A DNA stretch of 64,000 nt. Source: an uncultured Desulfocurvus sp. (GTDB lineage Bacteria; Desulfobacterota; Desulfovibrionia; Desulfovibrionales; Desulfovibrionaceae). The translations under genes were made by a program, and so were the position numbers. Shown here piece after piece: positions 58,384 through 64,000 of this stretch. Position 1 is the stretch's first letter; each line of letters begins with the position of its first letter. The notes under the pieces were generated by a model. That model worked only from the letters and a program-made list of their open reading frames with translations. It had not been told where the DNA came from and made no database searches. The stretch covers positions 2,262 to 66,261 of the forward strand of contig CAYMIP010000004.1 of assembly GCA_964390575.1 (NCBI GenBank). Direction: 5' to 3'.

Positions 58384-59292
58384 ATGCAGATGAACGCACA
58401 AAAGAAGCAGCTGCTGGTCTGGGGCGCTCTGGCCCTGGCTGGCGTGGCGGCGGCGATCCTCGTGCTGCCGCTTTTGTCCGGCCCGCGCGGCCCGCGCTTT
58501 GAGGAGATTTTTGGCCGCAACATCATGAAGGCCAGGCTGGTGGGCCAGATGCGCGTCAGCCTGCTGGCTGCGGCCGAGGCCGAGAAGAGCGCCGTGCTGG
58601 CCGAGACCGACGAGGCCTCGGTGGAGTTCGCCCGGCGGGCGCGGCTTTCCGTGGAGCAGGTGGCCACGGCCCTGGCCGAGTGCAAGGGGCTGGTCAGCGC
58701 GCAAACGCCCGATGCGGACATGCTGCTGCGCTTTGAGGAGGCCTTTGGCGAGTACCGCAAGGTGGACGAGGAAGTGCTGGCCCTGGCCGTGCAGAACACC
58801 AATGTGAAGGCCCAGGCCCTGTCCTTTGATCAGGCCTCGGCGGCCTTGGCGCGCATGGAGCAGGCCCTGTCTGGGCACCTGGGGGCCAAGCGCGGCACGC
58901 CCCAGGCGGTCCAGGCCGGTCGTCTGGCCGCGCGCGCCCTGGCCGAGGCCTTGCGCATCCAGACCCTGCACGCCCCGCACATCATGGAAAAGACCGAGGC
59001 GCGCATGGACGAGCTGGAGGCGCGCATGGCCAAGGCCGACAAGCTGGTCCGGGCCTCGCTGGCGTCCCTGTCTGACCAGGGGGGGCAGGCGGCCGTGGTC
59101 CCGGCCCTCGCCGCGTACGAGGATTTCCAGAAGGTCACGGCCGAGGTGGTGCGCCTGTCGCGCCAGAACACCAACGTGCTCTCCCTGGCGCTGTCGCTGG
59201 ACCGCAAGACCAAGGTCCTGGCCGTGTGCGACGAGGCCCTGCGGGCTCTGGAGGAGAAGATCCAGGCGGACATGGCCAAGGGCACGCGGTAG
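58384..59292 (+). CDS. Membrane-anchored all-helical protein (4-helix-bundle MCP-like sensor module, no output domain)
   Basis: N-terminal TM 'LLVWGALALAGVAAAILVLPLL', then about 270 aa of Ala/Glu/Leu/Arg-rich helices. GGAGGAGGAG SD before ATG 58384. Family call is tentative. Confidence 0.6.
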   Translation: MQMNAQKKQLLVWGALALAGVAAAILVLPLLSGPRGPRFEEIFGRNIMKARLVGQMRVSLLAAAEAEKSAVLAETDEASVEFARRARLSVEQVATALAECKGLVSAQTPDADMLLRFEEAFGEYRKVDEEVLALAVQNTNVKAQALSFDQASAALARMEQALSGHLGAKRGTPQAVQAGRLAARALAEALRIQTLHAPHIMEKTEARMDELEARMAKADKLVRASLASLSDQGGQAAVVPALAAYEDFQKVTAEVVRLSRQNTNVLSLALSLDRKTKVLAVCDEALRALEEKIQADMAKGTR

Positions 59293-59345
59293 GGGGGAGA
59301 TAGCCTCCGGCGGCCAAAGGGCCTGCGGCCCTTTGGAATCCCCAT
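59290..59345 (+). repeat. REP-like repeat, type 2
   Basis: (G)TAGGGGGGAGATAGCCTCCGGCGGCC-AAAGGGCC-TGC-GGCCCTTT-GGAATCCCCAT. Its TAG is the stop codon of the preceding CDS. Confidence 0.85.
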
Positions 59346-59411
59346 AGAGGAGCTCGGTTCCTTTCCTGTGGTGAGGGTGGGTCGGAGAAATCTGGGCCGC
59401 CCTCGTTGTCG

Positions 59412-59471
59412 AAAGGGGATCCAAGGGGCGATAGCCCCTTGGCCGCCGGAGGCTTATCCCCTACACTCCCC
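59412..59471 (-). repeat. REP-like repeat, type 2, inverted orientation
   Basis: Reverse complement reads GTAGGGGATAAGCCTCCGGCGGCC-AAGGGGC-TATC-GCCCCTT-GGATCCCCTT. Paired changes in the stem keep the hairpin intact relative to 59290. Confidence 0.85.
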
Positions 59472-59581
59472 CATGCCCCCCCATCGCCGAATACACCGCC
59501 GCGCTCCTGGCCTCGGCGCGCCCATCCGGATGTCAGTCAAAGACCGCGCCTGAAATCGCCACGGCCCCACAGGAGGAGTCC

Positions 59582-60178
59582 ATGTCCGCCGCCATGCTCA
59601 AGGAAGGAATCCTGCCCGGCATCGAAATGCCCGCCCTCCACAGCCCCAGGCGCTTCGCCGTGGTGGACGTGGAGACCAGGCGCAGCGCGGCCGAGGTCGG
59701 CGGCTGGACGCGCGCGGACCTCATGGGCGTGTCCATCGCCGTGCTCTACGACTCCGGCACGGACGAGTACACGGACTACCAGGAGCACGAGATTTCGGCC
59801 CTGGCCGAACGCCTGAAAGCCTTTGATCTGGTGGTGGGCTTCAACATCCTGCGGTTTGACTACTCCGTGCTGGCCGGGGTACACCCCTTCGCCTACGCGG
59901 CCCTGCCCACCCTGGACATGCTGGCCCATGTGCATGAGCGCCTGGGCTACCGGCTGAAGCTGGACAACCTGGCCCAGGCCACCCTGAACGTGGGCAAGAG
60001 CGCCGACGGCCTGCAAGCCCTGCAATGGTGGAAAGAGGGCAGGCTGGACGAGATTACTCACTACTGCCGCCAGGACGTGGCCGTGACGCGCGACCTGTAC
60101 CTGTATGGCCGGGAGAACAAGCACGTGCTGTTCTCCAACAAGGCCGGACAAAAGGCGCGCCTGCCCGTTGGGTGGTAA
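59582..60178 (+). CDS. DEDDh-type 3'-5' exonuclease (RNase H-like fold)
   Basis: 'FAVVDVETR' (Exo I), 'VVGFNILRFDYSVL' (Exo II) and 'HYCRQDVAVTRDLY' (Exo III, H-x4-D). AGGAGGAG SD. Confidence 0.75.
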   Translation: MSAAMLKEGILPGIEMPALHSPRRFAVVDVETRRSAAEVGGWTRADLMGVSIAVLYDSGTDEYTDYQEHEISALAERLKAFDLVVGFNILRFDYSVLAGVHPFAYAALPTLDMLAHVHERLGYRLKLDNLAQATLNVGKSADGLQALQWWKEGRLDEITHYCRQDVAVTRDLYLYGRENKHVLFSNKAGQKARLPVGW

Positions 60179-60256
60179 GGGGGGCTGGTAAGAGCAGGGA
60201 ATATGCTCCGCAGGCCGGGGGAACGAGTCCCCCCGGACCCCCATCAAGGAAAGACA

Positions 60257-61168
60257 ATGCACGGACGACTGCTCAAGGCCGACGGCCTGCTCCTGCTCAC
60301 CGCGCTCATCTGGGGCGCGGCCTTTGTGGCCCAGCGCCTGGGCATGGAGCACGTCGGCCCGTTCACCTTCAACGCCGTGCGCTTCGCCCTGGGCGCGCTG
60401 GCCTTGCAGCCGCTCATCTGGCGCATGCAGCGCACCCGCACCCGCGAGGGCAGGACTTCGGACCTGCATCAGGGCATCGATTCCGCGCGCCTCATCCGCT
60501 GCGGGCTCTTGGCCGGGTGCGTGCTCTTTGCGGGCGCAGCCTTGCAGCAGGTGGGCATTGTCTACACCACGGCGGGCAAGGCCGGGTTCATCACGGGCCT
60601 GTACGTGGTCATGGTGCCGCTGTTCGGGCTTGTGCTGGGCCAGCGGGCCGGGGCAGGCACCTGGGGCGGAGCCGTGGCTGCGGCCGTGGGCCTGTACCTG
60701 CTCTCGGTGAACGAGGATTTCAGCGTTGCCTACGGGGACGTGCTGGAGCTCATCGGCGCGGTGTTCTGGGCCGGGCACGTGCTGCTCATTGGGCGGCTCT
60801 CGCCGGGCATGGACGCCACGGATGCCGTGAAGCTGGCCTCAGCGCAATTCGCGGTGTGCTCGATCCTGAGCCTGGGCGTGGCCGTGGCCACGGAGCCCAT
60901 GGCCCTGGCGGGTATCGCCAAGGCGGCCGTGCCCATCCTGTACGGCGGCCTCATGAGCGTGGGCATTGCCTACACCCTGCAGGTGGTGGCCCAGCGCGAC
61001 GCCAACCCGGCCCACGCGGCCATCATCCTGAGCCTGGAGGCCGTGTTCGCGGCCGTGGCCGGCTACTTCCTGCTGGGCGAGGTGCTTTCCATGCGCGCGC
61101 TCATCGGCTGCGGGCTCATGCTCGGCGGCATGCTGCTCTCGCAGCTCAGACCTGAGGCCAGGCCTTGA
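60257..61168 (+). CDS. DMT-superfamily (EamA-like) transporter
   Basis: 10 predicted TM helices in two EamA-like halves ('LLLLTALIWGAAFVAQRLG', 'LIGAVFWAGHVLLIGRL'). ATG 60257. Confidence 0.85.
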   Translation: MHGRLLKADGLLLLTALIWGAAFVAQRLGMEHVGPFTFNAVRFALGALALQPLIWRMQRTRTREGRTSDLHQGIDSARLIRCGLLAGCVLFAGAALQQVGIVYTTAGKAGFITGLYVVMVPLFGLVLGQRAGAGTWGGAVAAAVGLYLLSVNEDFSVAYGDVLELIGAVFWAGHVLLIGRLSPGMDATDAVKLASAQFAVCSILSLGVAVATEPMALAGIAKAAVPILYGGLMSVGIAYTLQVVAQRDANPAHAAIILSLEAVFAAVAGYFLLGEVLSMRALIGCGLMLGGMLLSQLRPEARP

Positions 61169-61226
61169 CGAAGGGCCGGCAAATGCTTTCTATTCGCCGC
61201 ACGTCAGAAGCGGAGGAACACCCCGA

Positions 61227-62090
61227 ATGAGCATCCTGTTCGGCGCGCGCGCGCCCTTCTACAAGCTGCAAGGCTGCGGCAACGACTTCGTGGCCATGGA
61301 CAACCGCGTGCTGCGCCTGCCCGAGGCCCTGATGGCCGAGTGGGCGCGCAAAATCTGTCCGCGCGCCTTTGGCGTGGGCGCAGACGGCCTGTTCTTTCTG
61401 GATCGTCCGGCCGCCGGGACGGACGCCGACTACCGCTGGCATTTCTTCAACGCCGACGGCTCGCGCGCGGAGATGTGCGGCAATGCAAGCCGCTGCGCCG
61501 GACGCCTGGCCTTTGCCCTGGGCCTGGCCGGGCTGCGCCAGCGCCTGGCCACCGACGCCGGGACCATCGCCATCGAGGTGCTGCCGGATGCGGGCCAGGT
61601 CAAGGTGCAGCTCACCAGGCCCAAAGGCATGGTGCTGGGCGCGCTCCTCAGCGTGCTGGGCCGCGAGACCGAGGTCCATTTCGTGAACACCGGCGTGCCC
61701 CATGCGGTGATCTTCGTGGACGACGTGCGCGCGCTGGACGTGGCGGCCATGGGCCGGGCGGTGCGCTTCCACGAGCACTTCGCCCCGGCGGGCGCCAACG
61801 CCAATTTCGTCCAGGTGCTGGACTCTCGCAGCGCCCTGGTGCGCACCTACGAGCGCGGGGTGGAGGCTGAGACCTATGCCTGCGGCACGGGCGTCTCGGC
61901 CGTGCAGGTGGTGGCCCAGGCCCTGGGCCTGGCCGGGGAGCGCGTGGAGAACACCACCACCGGCGGCGAAATTCTTGTGACGAGCCTGGAGGACGGCAGC
62001 GTGTTCCTGCAAGGCGCGGCGGAGCTGACCTTTACGGGCGAGCTGAACCTCCCGGCCCTGGGCTTGACCCTGCCCGGCGCGCCGGGCTGA
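61227..62090 (+). CDS. dapF: Diaminopimelate epimerase
   Basis: 'FYKLQGCGNDFV', 'GADGLFFL', 'FFNADGSRAEMCGNASRC' and 'ETYACGTGVSA' (the two catalytic Cys motifs). Confidence 0.93.
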   Translation: MSILFGARAPFYKLQGCGNDFVAMDNRVLRLPEALMAEWARKICPRAFGVGADGLFFLDRPAAGTDADYRWHFFNADGSRAEMCGNASRCAGRLAFALGLAGLRQRLATDAGTIAIEVLPDAGQVKVQLTRPKGMVLGALLSVLGRETEVHFVNTGVPHAVIFVDDVRALDVAAMGRAVRFHEHFAPAGANANFVQVLDSRSALVRTYERGVEAETYACGTGVSAVQVVAQALGLAGERVENTTTGGEILVTSLEDGSVFLQGAAELTFTGELNLPALGLTLPGAPG

Positions 62091-62101
62091 TCCACACGCC
62101 C

Positions 62102-64000
62102 CTACGGGAAGGACTCCCGGGCCCCCCGGAGGGCCTCCTGCGTGGCCTCCAGCAGGCTGTCCAGGGTTTCGCAGAGGCCCGGCAGCAGCGCGGACAGGCC
62201 GTCCTTGGCGGCATCCTCCAGGTTTGCTGCGGCCCGGCTGGCCGGACCTGCCCCCACGCTGCCGCTGGAGCTCTTGAGGGAGTGCGCGGCCAGGCGCAGG
62301 GCGGCCATGTCGCCCTGTTGCAGCGCCTGCTGCAAGGCCTGGCGCTTGCCGGGCAGATCGGCCAGGTAGGTGTCCAAGACTTCCTCAAAAAGTTCGCGGT
62401 GCCCGGCCAGCATGTCCAGGGCGGTGCGCAGGTCCACCAGATCCTCCCTGGGCCTGGGCGCTTTCCCGGGTCGGTGTTCCGGCGTGCTGGCGCTCTCGCC
62501 AGCCAGGATGTCGGCCAGCTCGCGGAAGCTTACGGGCTTGGGCACAAACCCGGTCATGCCCGCCTCGGCGCATTGTTCCCGGTAGGAGCCCAGGGCGTGG
62601 GCGGTCATGGCCAGCACCGGCACCAGGCGGTTGCGCTCTCCGGCCTCCCCGGCGCGCAGCCGCCTGGTGGCTTCCAGGCCGTCCATGCGCGGCATCTCCA
62701 CGTCCATGAGCACCAGGTCGAAGTCCTCCTGGCGCAGGAGTTCCAGGGCCTCTAGGCCGTCTTGCGCGTGGCGCACGCTGTGCCCCAGCCGCCGCAGGAA
62801 GGCCTGGGCGATGACCACGTTGGCCGGGGTGTCCTCGGCCAGGAGGACGCGCAGGGGCCGGGCCTGCGGCTCACAGCTTGGGGCCAAGGCGGGTCCCTCT
62901 GCCTGAAGATGGGCCGGGGCCGAGGCCCGGGCAAAGGGCAGGCTGACGAAGAAGGTGCTGCCTTGGCCGGGCTCGCTGCTGAGCCAGATGTCTCCGCCCA
63001 TGAAGCGCACCAGCTGTCTGCAGATGGCCAGGCCGAGCCCGGTGCCGCCATACTTGCGCGAGGTGGAGCTGTCGGCCTGGGTGAAGTTCTCAAACACCAG
63101 GTGCTGGACGTCCTCGGGGATGCCGATGCCGGTGTCCTGCACGCGCAGCAGAAGCTGCACCCCGCCCAGGAGTGGCCCGGAGGGGTTTTGGGCCCTGGGC
63201 GGCGAATCCGGCCCCACCACCTCCAGGCTGACGTCCACCACACCCTCGGATGTGAATTTGACGGCATTGGCCGCCAGGTTGACGAGGATCTGGCGCAGGC
63301 GCACGGGGTCTCCGCTCACGTAGGGCGGCACGTCCTGGCCTATGCGCACGGTGAGCCTGAGGCCCTTGCGCTCGGCCTCCAGCATGAGGTGCTCCACTGC
63401 GGTCGTGACCACCTGGCGCAGGTCAAAGGGGATGCGCTCCAGGCTCATGCGCCCGGACTCCACCCGGGCGAGGTCGAGGATGTCGTTGACCAGGGTCAGC
63501 AGAGTGCGCCCGGACTCGCGCAGGGAGGTCAGGAAGTGGCCGCGCTCCTCGTCCGAGGCGGTCATCTCGGCCAGTTCGGAGAAGCCCAGCACGGCGTTGA
63601 GCGGCGTGCGGAGTTCGTGGCTCATCTTGGCCAGGAACTCGGTCTTGGCGCGGCTGGCCTCCTCGGCTGTTTCCTTGGCGGCGCGCAACTCGCGCTCCAG
63701 GCGCATGCGCTCGGTGTAGTCTATGGAGATGGTGCAGACCTTGTCCGGGATGCCGGCCTCGTCGCGCAGGGGGAACTTGGAGACGTGCAGGGTGATGCTG
63801 CCGCCATCGGGCGTGGGGAAGTCTTCGATTTTGGTCAGGGGCAGGCCGGAGTCCAGGATGTCCCTGTCCTCTTTCCGGACAAAAGCGGCGATGGCTGGCG
63901 GGAAAATATCTTCTGTGGTCTTGCCGATGGCCTCAGCCGCCGGGCGGCCCCAGACCTCTATGAGGCGTTTGCTGGCCAGGAGGAAGCGGCCTTCGCGGTC
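62102..64000 (-). CDS. PAS-HisKA-HATPase_c-REC-Hpt hybrid sensor kinase (5' end outside window)
   Basis: The frame stays open upstream of the track's Met 63706 to the window edge and encodes a PAS block ('...FPTPDGGSITLHVSKFPLRDEAGIPDKVCTISIDYTERM'). H-box '[18 protein letters not shown]'. 'DTGIGI..GTGLGLAIC'. REC 'VLLAEDT...DLVLMDVEMPRMDG'. Hpt 'AAHSLKSSSGSVGA'. Confidence 0.9.
   Translation of the reverse strand, partial: DREGRFLLASKRLIEVWGRPAAEAIGKTTEDIFPPAIAAFVRKEDRDILDSGLPLTKIEDFPTPDGGSITLHVSKFPLRDEAGIPDKVCTISIDYTERMRLERELRAAKETAEEASRAKTEFLAKMSHELRTPLNAVLGFSELAEMTASDEERGHFLTSLRESGRTLLTLVNDILDLARVESGRMSLERIPFDLRQVVTTAVEHLMLEAERKGLRLTVRIGQDVPPYVSGDPVRLRQILVNLAANAVKFTSEGVVDVSLEVVGPDSPPRAQNPSGPLLGGVQLLLRVQDTGIGIPEDVQHLVFENFTQADSSTSRKYGGTGLGLAICRQLVRFMGGDIWLSSEPGQGSTFFVSLPFARASAPAHLQAEGPALAPSCEPQARPLRVLLAEDTPANVVIAQAFLRRLGHSVRHAQDGLEALELLRQEDFDLVLMDVEMPRMDGLEATRRLRAGEAGERNRLVPVLAMTAHALGSYREQCAEAGMTGFVPKPVSFRELADILAGESASTPEHRPGKAPRPREDLVDLRTALDMLAGHRELFEEVLDTYLADLPGKRQALQQALQQGDMAALRLAAHSLKSSSGSVGAGPASRAAANLEDAAKDGLSALLPGLCETLDSLLEATQEALRGARESFP

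Overview
High-GC (roughly mid-60s %) chromosomal segment. Its gene content suggests a Desulfovibrio-like sulfate-reducing deltaproteobacterium: NfnAB/SudAB-type oxidoreductase, many PAS/sigma-54/two-component genes, a TauE exporter and cobS. That assignment is inference only. I call about 58 protein-coding genes, tightly packed. I found no rRNA, tRNA, CRISPR, transposase, integrase, prophage or recognisable defence genes. Housekeeping genes include crcB, purD-purE-moaA, pstS-pstC-pstA, era, ndh, pgi, dapF, cobS, sppA and an aspartate aminotransferase. About a quarter of the genes are signal transduction: 7 histidine kinases (one 1782 aa), 5 or more receiver proteins, 3 sigma-54-type AAA+ proteins and a CheR-PAS protein. 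Most long ORFs in the six-frame track are antisense or out-of-frame artefacts of the GC content. The items most worth a second look are: (1) a 10-gene minus-strand locus (19676-27798) holding a PAS-AAA+ protein that has lost the GAFTGA loop, the Walker-B Asp and the DNA-binding HTH, paired divergently with a sensor-less AAA+-HTH activator (a possible split enhancer-binding system); (2) two families of REP/MITE-like GC-rich palindromic repeats that start exactly at the stop codons of four unrelated genes, with GTAG heads and compensatory stem changes; (3) a 22-bp-periodic array of four GACGC-N2-GCGTC palindromes that fills a convergent intergenic gap; (4) a DAC-fold protein with a non-canonical RHR motif; (5) a histone-H1-like AKP-repeat protein with a Cys4 tail. 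I did not find a clear-cut novel multi-gene system of the defence-island kind. All functional assignments come from motif recognition by eye and need HMM/BLAST confirmation.
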